NCBI GenBank assembly: GCA_964252035.1
Contig: OZ176215.1
Direction: 5' to 3' (one strand)
Length of the DNA: 64,000 bases
DNA from: Podarcis erhardii
Lineage: Eukaryota
This document shows, piece by piece, positions 43,737 through 57,461 of the stretch. Made by a program: the position numbers and the translations under genes. The notes beneath the pieces are model-generated. The model worked only from the letters and a program-made list of their open reading frames with translations, did no database searches and was not told where the DNA came from. The first letter of the stretch is position 1; every line of letters begins with the position of its first letter.

Positions 43737-46634
43737 AGAGCAGTGAAAGGGAGGTTCCAATTAAATGCAGCTTTTAAAATAGTTCTTGTTGTGCATCCCT
43801 TTCCTTTAAAGGGTGGGGGGAGCAGAGGATTCTGTTTCGGGTGTTTGCTGCTACCAGTAGGTGGGGGCCAAGTTCTACAACATCAGCTAGATGTGTCCTG
43901 AGAATACTCTACTGAGCCAGAGGGCTCTTCCTCTGTATGCTACTGGGAGTTATCAGTGAGTCACTTCTGCTTGGAAAAGTTCTACCAAATGGCCCTCATC
44001 CACTGTCAACTCCCACTCTTGCCAGTCGCTGTTCTTGTCCACTAGTAGAAGCATGTGGACAGTCCAGTCAATTTCATCTTTGAAATTACGAATCTCCTTG
44101 ATCTGCCTGAATGTGTTGGCGTTGTTTCCCTCTCCTTTTACGGATTTCACTTCCTCTAAAACAGAGTTACAACTTTGGACAGGCTTGAGGCCTTCTGGCT
44201 AGCTCATTAATGCCTGCCAGTGGCTGGTGTGTGTGTGTAGCATCTGAGGCAATGGGGTCCTTTTGAGCAGTCCCCTCTGCTGCTGCTTTGGTGGCTCCAG
44301 CGAGTGTGAAGTCTGTCCTCTCCACAACAGATTCCTGCAGCGTTTCCACCCATTCAATTTGCTGTTGGTGTCTTTGTGCGTCACCTGAATACAAAAGTGC
44401 TCCAAGCAAGAACATTCTGTTCTGAGGCTTAAGGAGTATGCTGGTGTCCCCGTATTAATCAGCCGTTTAACAGCATTTACGCTGCACAGAGACAGCAGTT
44501 AAAGCCAGTTGCGAGGGATGCTAAAAATGGTGATGCATGCCCACCATTTTTGTTCACTGTTGGGATGCTGTGTTCCTCCTTTCTCTTCCACTGCCCCCCA
44601 CCCCCAGACTTTACTTGGAAAGAGACATCTTGGTTAAGAACTGGCAAAGCTGTTTGGCTGTACACTTGCCGCTACTGTTCCCCCATGAATATAAGGTCTC
44701 CCCACCCTGTTTCACGTCTGCATATGAGGGTCAGAATATCAATTAGGAGAAAAGCACTGGCATATTTAACATTTATTTAGGTGACTTAAGGTGGTATTAA
44801 ACCAACTGCAAGACACTCCTATTCATAACTAGATGGCTGCTCTTGTCAATTCTGAGTTGCAAATGGGAGTATCATAAACCACTTTCTCTTCCCTTTGTGT
44901 ACTTTAATATAATCCTGGAAAGAAACCTTGTTGGGATATGGGGAAGAAACAAACCCAGGGAGCTGAGCTGGGGAGCCATTGCCGTCGTATTGGTGGGGGG
45001 TGTCTTCCACCTCAAGCACAGGAGTTGAGAGGTAGCTCACCTCCCAAGCAGGTTCAAAATGCACAGGAGATAAAACACCCATAAGTGTCCTGGAATCCAC
45101 ACTTTGCTCTTAAATGGCGTGGCCAGACTTTCCTATGGAGACAGTTTGCTCCAAGCTACCCAGGTTGTCTAGTGTTCTGCCAAATCCTGGCTGCAGCAGC
45201 TATGTGGTTACATAATTGTGTGAGATCAACCCCTCTGTAAGGGAGGCCTTGAATGCAGTTTCTATTTGTTCCTAGAAGACAAAAAATCTAATTCCAGGAT
45301 CAAACCATAAAGAGAATTGTAAAAAATTGTGATGCAGATTTTGTGGCCCATTTGCTATCTTGATGGGGACCTGCCTTAAAGCTGTCACTAGGGTTACAGA
45401 AAATGGGCTTAAGTGTGATTCTGCACACCTGTGCAGAAGAATCTGCCCTCCAAGTCAGATGGGGCAGGCAGGCATGGCTTGCGAGGGTCTGCAATCCTTA
45501 AGGGCTTGTGTAGGCTTCTAAACCGATCAGGTTTCATCTCCAGCCAAGTCACCCAATGCTCTCTGTTTAGCTTTATGCCTGACCTTTGGGCGAAGTCTCA
45601 TGGCATGCAGCTCCCTCCTTGCTTTGCTCTTTAACTCTTTAAGATTCAAGTTGCCATCTGAAAGCTCCTAGAGTTTGAAAGAAGCAGTTCACCTAATGGC
45701 CTGTCACCTTTTGAGGTGGGTGGTTATGAGATTCACACTGCAGAGTCAACGTTATCTACTGGGGACTGACTCAACTGGACTCTGCCTTGTGCAGAGAAAT
45801 ACTGAACTCTCAGACCAAGTAATGCTTAACCAGCAGAAGTTTGAAAACCAGTTGCTTTTCAGTACCCGCCCCCCCAATTCGTGCCCATTAACTTTGCAGG
45901 CCATCTCGGTGTAGTACAGTCAGTGTAATAGGTTTTGCTATGTAAGCAAATTTTGCATAACTTACTCTGACAGTATGGGGGTAACAAGGTTGCTGAGTGC
46001 TTGAGTCCTATTTTTCTTTACTTCTCCTGCTCCCCCTGCCACTCCTTGTTTCTGGTCCTCCTCAGACTTTCTAAGATACTGCCATGTTTATGTAAGCGTA
46101 AAGAATACTGCTCCCAGAGAAGAAGCTACACTAGTCTGTAGCATCAAAAAGAGGCAGGTGCTGCTGTAATGACTGATAATGGCACAATTTTCATGCCCAC
46201 TTTACCAGGTGCTCATCAAGGTTTTCCTCAGTTGGCAAATCTACATGTGCACAGTTCCCAGAGGTATTGAAATCTTCATTTTAAACAACATGCCGGTCAG
46301 AGGCAAATGATTCATCCTGCCAACTATTGTAAAGCTTAAGGTAACACACATTACTTAAAGCTGAGATTCTTGGCAGGCAGAGCTGCTCTCTTTATCCCCT
46401 CCTTCCAAGTGGTTGAAGTGGGGGCTAGGTGTTGTCTGCTTTTAGAGCAACTGTCCCAAAATGCTGAGTTTTGTATAAATTATGCAGATTTGCAGCATAA
46501 TGCTTGCATTGCATAATCTGGGAGGGTGGGAGGACTTGAGACACTGGGCTTCCTGTCCACTGGAATTTTTCCCTAGCTAGCTTTGGCAGTGAAGGCTCAG
46601 TGGGTTGGATCCAGACTTAAGTTAGTTGTGCTTA

Positions 46635-46979
46635 AAGGTAAAGGGACCCTTGACCATTAGGTCCAGTCGTGACCGACGCTGGGGTTGCGGCGCTCATCTT
46701 GCTTTACTGGCCGAGGGAGCCGGCATACAGCGACCAGCATGCGGCCCGCATGACTAAGCCGCTTCTGGCGAACCAGAGCAGCGCACGGAAACACCGTTTA
46801 CCTTCCCGCTGGAGCAGTACCTATTTATCTACTTGCACTTTGACGTGCTTTCAAACTGCTAGCTTGGCAGGAGCAGGGACTGAGCAACGGGAGCTCACCC
46901 CGTCGCGGGGATTCAAACCGCCGACCTGATCAGCAAGCCCTAGGCTCTGTGGTTTAACCCACAGCACCACCGGCGTCCC
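46635..46979 (-). mobile_element. Full-length Sauria SINE
   Basis: tRNA-related head (gggacgccggtggtgctgtgggttaaaccacagagcctagggc) through the CCTTT tail; 12-bp TSD tagttgtgctta at 46623-46634 and 46985-46996. Confidence 0.9.
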
Positions 46980-48199
46980 TATCATAGTTGTGCTTAGTTC
47001 CTGTTTAAATGAACGGGACAACTTAGGGAAGGCCAACCTTTCAATACTTCATTTCAGTGAGACCCAAACTACTAGGGTGCAAGGCTCACCAATCTTTTTG
47101 ATGCAAACCTTAGTCATGACTACTGCTGTGATCTTGGGCACAGTTTGATGGGACTGAAGCATTCAACAAGCAGAGGGAGCACCCTGAATAAGGAGCTGAA
47201 GTTTTATTTGCAAAAAATAGGTCTGGACACCTCATCTCACTAGTGGATGCTTCAAAATGCAACCACACAAATACACACATCCTTCCTGATCTAAAGTATT
47301 ACTTGGGGCAATGTGCTTTTGACATTATCAGAAATGAGCAATGGGGGAATTTTATATTGGCGCCATGGATAACATGGGCAAAAATCTGAGGTTTGTGGTT
47401 GATCCAGACAGTGGTCTTGATGTGCTCCTGTGTCTTTGGGCTCTGGGGCTGGTGAAAGTGTCTTTCTTTCTACAATTTAGGAAGCTCAACAGTAGCCTAG
47501 ACCTGGGCTCACATCCCTCATCAGCCATGAAGGTGACTGGCTGTTCCTGGCCTGGTTACCGACAGACCAGGCCTTGTCCTCCAAATCCTCCAAGTTCATG
47601 GCACTGGCAAGTGCCGCAGAGGATGCCATTGCTCCTGCTGTGAAGACAACCCAAGTGCTGTGCATGCCACCCCTCCCTGTGTTCATCCTGCATCAATGCA
47701 GATACACCCCCAATATTGCAAGGAGAAGCAGGAGCTGGCTTGGCTGATCAGTTGGTCAGTCTCGGAGACCTCATCTCATCAGCTAGATCCAATAAAGGAA
47801 AGTCAAGAGCAGGCTACAGCCCCCACCTTCTCTGGCTGCAGGTGCCAGGTGTCATAATCCTGTTACTTCAAGCTCAGCCCCAGCTAAATTTGGGATGCCT
47901 TGCACAGCAGGAGGTGAGCAAAGTGCACCTGTGCCAACCAGGACAATGTCTGGGGTGGAGAGGTGAGCAAGAGCCATTAGCTTTGCAAGGGATGAGAAGA
48001 GCTGGCCACTCCCCTTTCAGGAGGCTGCCTGTTGTCCTTACCAGCCCATCAAGGCCATTTCCCTGGCCCGGGTGTTGTGTGCTGTTAATTGTCCCTTGCA
48101 TCAGCTCCTCTTTCTCTTGGGATAGTGAGGCATTTATTAGTGCCCAAAAATGTTTCCAGATGTGAACAGGTGTGACATTAGTGGGTTTGATGCCATAGC

Positions 48200-48420
48200 A
48201 CAGATGCAGAAAGTCATAAGAGTCCGACGGGTTCCTGAAGCCCATCTAGTTCAACCTCTGGTCAGTGCAGAGAACCCAGGCTAGAACAGATGGTGGCACA
48301 GCCTCTGCTTGTTGACCCCCCAGCCAGGGAGAGAGCCCACCCCCAACTAGGTCACTGGTTGTCAACACCCTTTCCTCGCATAACTTGTTTCCATGTCCTT
48401 CTCACCATCTTCACTGGCCT
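48200..48420 (-). mobile_element. CR1 3' fragment
   Basis: catctagttcaacc...cagcctctgcttg reverse CR1 tail motifs. Confidence 0.55.
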
Positions 48421-48559
48421 CCTCTAGATCTGATATGGTTTGCAAATTATCCTTGTAAAAAGTGTAGCGTATGAAACCGGCCACAGTCTTGTGCTTGAGA
48501 TCTGATAGGTGCAGAAGATCTAAATATGACTCCTCATGGCTTGGGAAAAAGACACCTTA

Positions 48560-49130
48560 AAAAAATAATTTAGATTTTATATATTGCAAGTATTTCATAA
48601 AATCAATACAATGACACAAAAACTACAATAACAATAGCAATGTAAACTAAGCAAGTGGGAAAGAGTGAACATCATAACTCCAGGAGACAAGAAGTTATTG
48701 TAAAGAAGTAAACTCTCTTCACAGTTGTTAGTGATCAATGTTCAAGCTGTTCTCTGTTGTCTAAATAACCAAAGTTTGTTGTTCATAAAGTTCCATGGGT
48801 AGCCGGAGGATGAAGAATGCCATTGGATGCAACTACTGTACATATTCAATAAACTTGTACCATGCATATGTAAAACTTCCCTGCTTCTGGCCCCTTTCTT
48901 TGTGCTTTCACCTTAAAGGTTAAATATTCCTTTCAAGCAATTTGCCAACATTCCTTGTACCAAACAGTAGGTTTGAATGGGGTTGCTTCCAATGTCTTCC
49001 AGTTACCAACCTAGCTGCCACTATGCAAAAAACTATTAAATCTTTAATGAGGATAGTTTGAGAAGAATCATCAAATATTGATAGTAGAGCTAATTGAGGG
49101 TTCGTCTGTATTTTTTAAAAAAATAGTTAT
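48560..49130 (-). mobile_element. Degenerate L1-like ORF2 3' end
   Basis: AT-rich; reverse strand gives ...FTYAWYKFIEYVQ*, resembling the L1 ORF2 C-terminal W..F..Y motif. Confidence 0.4.
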
Positions 49131-49138
49131 TTGACCTA

Positions 49139-49348
49139 CAGTCGTACCTTGAATCTCAAATGCCTTGGCTCCCGAACAAATCGGCTCCTGGATGTTCTGG
49201 TTTTCAAACAATTTTTGGAAGTTGAACATCTGACGGGGCTTCCGTGGCTTCCAGTTGGCTGCAGGAAGCTCCTGCTTTGGTTTTTGAATGTTTTGGAAGT
49301 TGAACGGACTTCTGGAACAGATTCCATTTGACTTCCAAGGTACGACTG
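49139..49348. mobile_element. Tigger-like MITE
   Basis: Perfect 13-bp TIR CAGTCGTACCTTG flanked by TA. Confidence 0.85.
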
Positions 49349-51345
49349 TATTTTGTTGAAAACGAACCAGAAGGTGAACGTTTCTTTACAGGACCACCAT
49401 GTGTGGAAAAAAAATGTACCTCTCTCGCCACAGTTTCTCACAGTTTCTCTCTTTTGCTACACTTTGGGATGCTCCCTTGTTGCGATTTCAGCTTCTTCTG
49501 CTTCCCTGTTGGATCTTTTGTCTGCTTTTGCAGGTTCCCTTCAGATCAAGCAGCAGCAGCCTTCTAGTGACTCCTGCTCAGTGGTGACTTGTCCCCATGG
49601 CCCCAAACCAGGCAGATCCAGGATTAAGATCCCATCTTTGAGGGAGGTTTTTTTTTATTGTGGGGGGAGATGAGCTGGAGGGCTGAATAGAGAAAGGGAT
49701 GAAAGCACAAAAGGCGCAGAATCAAGGGGTTGCAAGTAGCTCACACCCATTGATTTTGATGGGTCTACTCTGAGTAGGGCTAGCATGGGATACGGCTGCT
49801 AGGTTTGGAAACCAGCAGTGCTACAGTGGAGAGCCAGAAGGGGAAGTGAAGTGGCTGAAACAGGTGTCTAATATTTGGTGGCAAAAGCTGGCAAGACTAC
49901 ATCTCCCAGGATGCTGTGGGGGCAACAGGGCAGAACCAAGCGACTGGCCTGAAGCTGTGCTAAATCTGGTGCAGCGGTTGCTGCCCCCTGGCCAAGTAAC
50001 ACAACCTTCCCCTGAAAGCTGCTATATTTATAGGGATGTGGATGGTCTTGAGTGGCAGGCGCAGGCTTCTCTCAGCTTGGCAATAGCTTGGAGCCGGAGC
50101 AATTGCCCGAACTTTGCAGGAGAGGGACAGAACCCAGGGTCTCTACCTTAGGGCAGCCTCACGCTTGCTGCTCTCAACTTCCCTTCAGCATCTGTCAAAT
50201 GGGCACATGCACTGCTGACAGGACAGGACCCTTACAGTGAGTCACAGCATTGGTTCATCTAGTTCAGGATTTTCTACAGTAACTGGCAGCGTCTTTCCAG
50301 GGCTTCATCTGGGACAAGTCCCATCCGTACCTGGAGATAATGCAAAGGATTTAACCTGGAACCTTTTGCAAGGAAAGCAAATCCTCTGCCATTGAGCTAC
50401 TGCTCTTCCTAACATGATGGGAAATTTAAATGGCAGCTCCTGGCAGAGGATTTGGGGGTGGGGGTTCACCAGAGCCCTATCCTGCCAATTGACCCACACA
50501 ATCCAGGCCATCTGCATCACCAACAGCAGCAACAACAACAGGGAAGGAAGTGATCATCGAAACGTAACTTGGAGGCCAGGAACACCAGAGGCGTCTAGCA
50601 AGTGAACTGCTCCAGGTCTAGACAAAAGTCCAACCAACTTCTGCAGAATCCCTGGAAGGATCCACTGGAATAAAATGTTTTGGGAGAGGGCCATAGCCCA
50701 GTTGTAGTCAAGCACAGCGTTTGCCGGCCATAGTTCCCAAGTTGAAACCCAAATAGCATCTCCTGGTGGGGCTGGGAAAATTCCTCTCTTCCTGAGACAG
50801 CAGCTCTTCCTCTGGACAGCAGCTGCCAGTCTGTGTAGGCAATACTGAGCTGGATAGACCAATCCAGTTTAAGGCATTGTGATCCCAGTGAATGGTGACC
50901 CCAGTAAGACTGGGCTGTCACCCTCCGGCTATCCTTCAGCACAAACCCAACAGGGGGAATCTGGTGTGTCGTCATTGACCCTGGGAGTGGGACGAAGAGT
51001 GCCGAGGGACAAGTTGTGGTTTGCATTTTGGGACAGGGGAAATTTCTGCCCATTCCTGGAGCCAATCCTTTGCTGCAGCTGCAAAGAGCAAAGCCAGGAT
51101 TCAGTCCCCGGATGGTTTGTTTGTAGCAGCGTGAGGGATTGAGAACATTGACTGGAGAGATTAGACTGGTAACAAGATTAGAGAGAGAAATTGAGTGAAA
51201 TTAGGTAGACTGATGATAAGGATCAGGGGAAAGAGAATTAGGAGGAAGAGCATTAGAAGCTCAGATAAAAGAGGATTACAGAGAAAGCGGGGAGGAAGAA
51301 AGAGGTGGGCAGGAGATTTACAGGGTGTTACAGGGGTTTTCACAG

Positions 51346-51346
<1 letters not shown>

Positions 51347-51386
<40 letters not shown>
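51347..51386. repeat. (GT)n microsatellite
   Basis: Direct reading of the sequence. Confidence 0.9.
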
Positions 51387-51389
<3 letters not shown>

Positions 51390-51862
51390 CAAGCCCTAGC
51401 CCCCCTCCTGCCCCCAACCCCCCCACCTCTGGACTGTTGACAGCAACTCTCCAGCTATTTATTGAATAATCTTAACTGCTTGGGGCTGGTTGTCGGCAAT
51501 AGATTATTGATAATCAGTGTAGTCTCTGTTAGGGAAATTAAAAGGAAATTAAATGGGAGCAAAACAGGGTCTAGGGACAGGAGGTGCTCGGTGCTGCTGG
51601 CATAAAGGTGGTGTGGAGCTCTGCAGGGTAGGGAACAGGAGACAGGAAGCACAGGCAGTGTGTGAATAGCAAGTCCAGGAGGGCAGAGGCGAGATACAAG
51701 CTGGGAACTTGCTGATTCGTAGTCCAGTCTCTTGGCCACAATGGTATACCGATTTTCATATGCAAGGAGGAGACTTGCATATGTATCAAAACCAGGTCTT
51801 CTTTTAAGCTGTGCATGCAGGGTCGCCTTCCTGAAGCACCCCATGCCCTGCTCCTCACCTGT

Positions 51863-51992
51863 CAGCCTGGATAGCTAAGTTGGTTAGTGTGTGGAGCTGA
51901 TAATGGCAACGTTGCAGGTTCTATCCCCGTGCAGGACAAACGTTGCAGGGGGTTAGACCCGATGATCCTCAGGGTCCCTTCCAACTCTACAA
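51863..51992 (+). mobile_element. tRNA(Ile)-like-headed SINE with CR1-like tail
   Basis: tagctaagttggttagtgtgtggagctgataatggcaacgttgcaggttctatcccc, then gggtcccttccaactctac. Confidence 0.6.
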
Positions 51993-52964
51993 CCTGCTCC
52001 TATGCTGTTGCTGAGTCTTGTCTTTCACAGTCTGAACATTGGCTGTAGCTCCTCTACAGCTTCCCTGTTCAGCTCCTGGGTATCATGAAAGAGAAAGCTT
52101 TAAAATACTTTCCACACTATAAGGGGGCTTATAGTTGGTTTGCCTTGTTCATACGTTTACTTTACTATAAACTTTCCCAGCATGCAGTGAAGACAGGCTT
52201 GCAAGTCACTGCCTAAACAAATTCTGCATTTGCAACAGGACTATTGTAGCAATACAGATTACCTGCTTACCATACCTCCAAACATTTGTCAGCATCTGGA
52301 ATTGGGGCTTAGGTCTGTGGATGGGGGGGGGATGCATTGGTTCAGGGGAGACCCGAGCCCTATTGCACACCCTCCTGAAAACCAAGCAGAGTGTAACCTC
52401 CCCCACCACCCGCTCACCGGTCATGTTGTTGTCAAGACACCCACTCAACACCATTCCTGCCAGAGGAGGCCCAAAATAGAAAAGAATGTTGCTGGGCAGT
52501 TTTCCTCCACTGATCTCTTTGGGGGTCGGCAGGGTGGCTGAGTGGCACCTGCTTGTCATAACTCAGGCTGGGGAGGGAGGCTTTTGAGGCTTTGCTTGAC
52601 CAAAAGGGAGGAGCTGGGCAGGGACTGTAGGGATTGCCTTGATCAAAGTGGGGTTCATCTCATTCAGCATTTGGTTGCTCTTCATGTGCCTCTAGAAAGC
52701 TCAAAGTGCCACCCCCCACTCATTAGGATACATAAAACTCTCAGGAGCCCAATTACATAGTCCTAGAATCATAGAGTTGGAAGGGACCCTGAGTATCATG
52801 TATTCCAACCCCAAAAATGCATGATAAGTGCAAAAGCAGTCAATGGACAGGCAAAATGACAGCAATGAATAAGCCACAGGCCCTGAAACATCTACTGCTG
52901 AATTTTATTAAAATGTCTCAAATGGTCTTCTTGGAGGAAAGATGGGATATCAATGTGACGGATG

Positions 52965-52968
52965 ATAG

Positions 52969-53004
<36 letters not shown>

Positions 53005-53008
53005 GATA
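52965..53008. repeat. (GATA)n microsatellite
   Basis: Direct reading of the sequence. Confidence 0.9.
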
Positions 53009-53009
53009 G

Positions 53010-53210
53010 ATAACCTGCACAGACTGCAGTTTATAAATGCAGAAAAAGCTTTTGACAGAGTGATGTGGAGAAATTTATTTCAAGCTGTGTATAAAATGGG
53101 AGTGGGTTCTACTTTTGCTTCCTGGATTAAGGTGATTTATTTGAATCCTACTGCCTCAATATGCATAAGTGAAGCAAATCCAGAAACCTTCGCATTACCT
53201 CCATAATAGG
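53010..53210 (+). mobile_element. L1/Tx1-clade reverse transcriptase fragment
   Basis: NAEKAFDRVMWRNLFQAVYKMGVGSTFASWIKVIYLNPTASI matches the DAEKAFDRV.W..L..G.G..F..WI..LY..P RT signature. Confidence 0.8.
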
Positions 53211-54145
53211 ATCTTTGGCCAAAGCTAATAGACCAGAACAAAGATTTTCAGGGATGAAAAAGGGAATATAAAAAGAAAGCTGTATGGAGATGATCAAGAA
53301 CTAATCTCAAAAGATGAGAAGAACAATTTGAACCCAGCATAGAATGATTTTGCAATGCCTAACCATTTGAAAATGTGGTTGGCTGGGTTGCCATTTGTCC
53401 TCTTTTTCCAGGACACGCCCTCTTTTTCATGGGTAGAACCATCATAGCAATCCAGAGTTAAAAGGAGAAGTTGTCAATTATGTCCTCTTTTTCACTCTTC
53501 AGAATATGGCAGCCCTAAACGCCACTGTTCACAAAATGAAAACGACTGAAATAAAAAAGTACACTCTAGAACATCAATTAAACTATTAATACAAACCGGG
53601 GTAAGGAAATGTGTTAATTGAATTAAGAGCAATGATAAAAGGCCTTGTCAAAACATACCATCAAGTTGTGTGTGATGTGGAGGGACAGAGGGGCCTCCTT
53701 TCATTCAGTAACTTAAGGTACGGCATATAACAAGCAACTTATTGAGAATGTTTGGGGCATTGATAGATAGTACAAATTTTGAATCACTGGCTTTTAGAAA
53801 CAATAAGCTGAAAGGAACCTCAGGGACAAATGTATAATATAATATAATCACATAATTGGAAACATCTCAGCACAAATTCCAATTAAAGCGGAATGTGGAT
53901 ATGCACAGCAATATATATTGATAAAAGTGGATATGGGCTTGGAAGAACACTTCTAAATTTGCATGATGCTTAAATATTTTTTCATATATAAAATCATGGC
54001 CTACTGGTATTTTAACCCCTCCCCCTCCCAACTGGAATGAACATGATATGTGCAACAATAAACAGCCCGCACTGTAGATGCAAAACCCTGCAAAGGCAAA
54101 CATCTTCCACATCATTTGGGAATGCTTGTATTAATAGAAGCAAAA

Positions 54146-54372
54146 GGTACCTCGGGTTAAGAACTTAATTCGTTCTGGAGGTCTGTCCTTAACCTGAAAC
54201 TGTTCTTAACCTGAGGTACCACTTTAGCTAATGGGGCCTCCCACTGTTGCTGCACAATTTCTGTTCTCATCCTGAAGCAAAGTTCTTAACCTGAGGTACT
54301 ATTTCTGAGTTAGCGGAGTCTGTAACCTGAAGCATATGTAACCTGAAGTGTCTGTAACCCGAGGTACCACTG
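54146..54372. mobile_element. Tigger-like MITE (family A)
   Basis: Highly similar to 33269-33494; outermost CAGT of the left TIR is missing. Confidence 0.85.
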
Positions 54373-54799
54373 TAAAACAAATCTTGGCCAGAATCTCCCC
54401 CGAGCTCCATTTGTAATATTAATATTTGAATACCTTCCAACCAGGAAATGACAGCCGATGTACAGGCAGCAGCAAAATGGTAATCCACAAAAATGGGGGA
54501 AATTCCTCGTCCTCCACAGGGAAATTATTGGCTCTGGGAGGCGCCTAAACTCACAAGGTTGGTGATGAGCGTTAGAGAAGGCAGGAGAATGAAAGGTGTC
54601 TTGACTGAAAAAAATGGAACTTGGTTGTATGCTACCAACATCAGAAAGTGCAAGGGAAAATAAATTTGTATCTGCTATTTGGAGGCATTTGGGGGAAATT
54701 ATTAAGTTTAACCCTTAATATAGCAGACTGAATGAGCAAGCAGTGTGGGATAAAAAACCTTAATATATTTAGCTATTGATCTCATCCCTATTTATTGAT

Positions 54800-55703
54800 A
54801 TAATAATAATAATAATAATAATAAATTTTATTTATATCCCGCCCTCCCCAGCCGAAGCCAGGCTCAGGGCGGCTAACAATAATCAAATAATCAAATAATC
54901 ACACATTCAAAATATTCATTATAAAAATTAAAATCAAATTAAATTAGTGGCAACCAATTAAGCAATATTCTGTGCAGGTTGCCAGAGGAGGGAGTCAGGC
55001 TGCGCCCTGACCAAAGGCCTGGTGGAACAACTCTGTCTTGCAGGCCCTGCGGAAAGATGTCAGGTCCCGCAGGGCCCTAGTCTCTTGTGACAGAGTGTTC
55101 CACCAGATTGGAGCCGCAGCCGAAAAGGCCCTGGCTCTAGTTGAGGCCAGCCTAACCTCTCTGAGGCCTGGGACCTTGAGGATATTATTATTTGCAGACC
55201 GTAGGTTTCTCTGTGGGGCATACCAGGAGAGGCGGTCCCGTAGGTACGAGGGTCCTAGGCCGTATAGGGCTTTAAAGGTTAAAACCAGCACCTTAAACCT
55301 GATCCTGTACTCCACCGGGAGCCAGTGCAGCTGGTATAGTACTGGATGAATGTGATCTCGCAGCGAAGACCCCATAAGGAGTCTCGCCGCGGCATTCTGC
55401 ACCCGCTGGAGTTTCTGGGTCAGTCTTAAGGGCAGCCCCACGTAGAGCGAGTTACAATAATCCAGTCTGGAGGTGACCGTCGCATGGATCACGGTGGCTA
55501 GGTCAGGGCGAGAGAGATAAGGGGCCAACTGCTTAGCTTGGCGGAGATGAAAAAATGCCGCCTTTGTTATAGCTGTAATCTGCGCCTCCATAGAGAGGGA
55601 GGTATCGAAGATTACACCCAAACTCTTAACGGACGGTGCTGGCACTAATTGCACCCCCGCAAGAGATGGGAGTTGCCCCCTCAATCCCATATCTAGCAAG
55701 GGA
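54800..55703 (-). mobile_element. L2-clade LINE, 5'-truncated, with open ORF2 C-terminus
   Basis: ORF 54995-55699 (234 aa) with RLDYCNSLYVGLP, KLQRVQNAAARL and HWLPVEYRIRFK motifs; (TTA)n tail at about 54800-54823. Confidence 0.9.
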
Positions 55704-55822
55704 GGTTATTTGGAACTCAAGTACTGTCCCACGCACAGTGTTATATTGCCTTATGAATAATAATAAGAATCACAATTCCTGCATTGCAAGGGGTTAGACT
55801 GGATGACCCTTTGGGACCCTTC

Positions 55823-56182
55823 CAGGGTTTCCAACTTGAATAAAATATTGGGGGGGGGGGAGTGTAGGTAAGTCCCTCCCTGCATAATCAATCACTTTAC
55901 ACAGCACATGCACACTATTTGAATGACAATGTCCATCAACTTGGGGTGGGGTGGGGCTGGCCCATGGGCACAACCAGGGGTTGCAGGGGTCAGCTGCCCC
56001 CCATCAAGTAAAAAAATAAAATAAAAATACCTGCCTAACTGGCCAGTTGCGTCGCAGATAACTCGGTTCTGCCCCCCCATATGAAGCCTGCCCCCTCTAA
56101 AATAAATCCTGGCTATGCCCATGGCCTGGCCCCCTCAAATATTCTATTGGGTGTGTGTGTCAAAGATATCCCAGCTCCCAGG
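55823..56182. mobile_element. hAT-type MITE with a nested MITE (55963-56123), inserted in a SINE/CR1 tail
   Basis: Outer TSD gacccttc (55815-55822/56183-56190); inner TIR CATGGGCACAACCAGG/CCTGGCTATGCCCATG with TSD ggctggcc/gcctggcc. Confidence 0.7.
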
Positions 56183-56209
56183 GACCCTTCCAACTCTTCT
56201 GTGACTGTA

Positions 56210-56688
56210 CAGTGGTACCTTGGTTCTCAGACACCTTGGTACTCAAACAACTTGGAACCTAACACTGCAAACCCAGAACTGCGTGCTCCAGTTTGCAAAC
56301 TTTTTTCGTAAGCTGAACATGCTCCGCTTTGAGAGCCACACTTCTGTTTTGAGTGTTACGCTGAGGTCTGTTTTTGCTATTTATTTTGCATTTCTGTTTT
56401 TGCAGTTCTTTTTGTTTTGCTTTTGTGACTGTGTGGAACCCAGTTCAGCTACTGATTGATTGATTGCGTGGCTGCAGTACATTGCTTATTGTTTTCATTT
56501 GATGGAACAATGGTCTCGTTAGTAAAATTCATGTTAAATTGCTGATTTAGGGGTTGTTTTTAAAAGTCTGGAACGGATTAATCCATTTTGCATTACTTTC
56601 TATGGGAAAGCGTGCCTTGGTTTTGGAAAGCTTTGGTTATGGAACGGATTTCTGGGACGGATTAAGTTCGAGAACCAAGGTACCACTG
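56210..56688. mobile_element. Non-autonomous Tigger-like DNA transposon (479 bp)
   Basis: Perfect 19-bp TIR CAGTGGTACCTTGGTTCTC; TA on the left, TG on the right. Confidence 0.85.
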
Positions 56689-56699
56689 TGGTTCCCGAT

Positions 56700-57461
<762 letters not shown>

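Noticed and set aside
49500-49673. Acceptor-like TTTTGCAG followed by an open frame between SF1 and PYGM
   Set aside because: There is no matching donor or partner exon, and the peptide is not recognisable.
50878-51864. Possible ~1-kb LTR (TG...CA ends, minus-strand AATAAA)
   Set aside because: There is no TSD and no second copy in the window, so the evidence is too weak to call.
53500-54115. Minus-strand ORF (82 aa) in an AT-rich block
   Set aside because: It is probably degraded LINE sequence; I could not identify a diagnostic motif.
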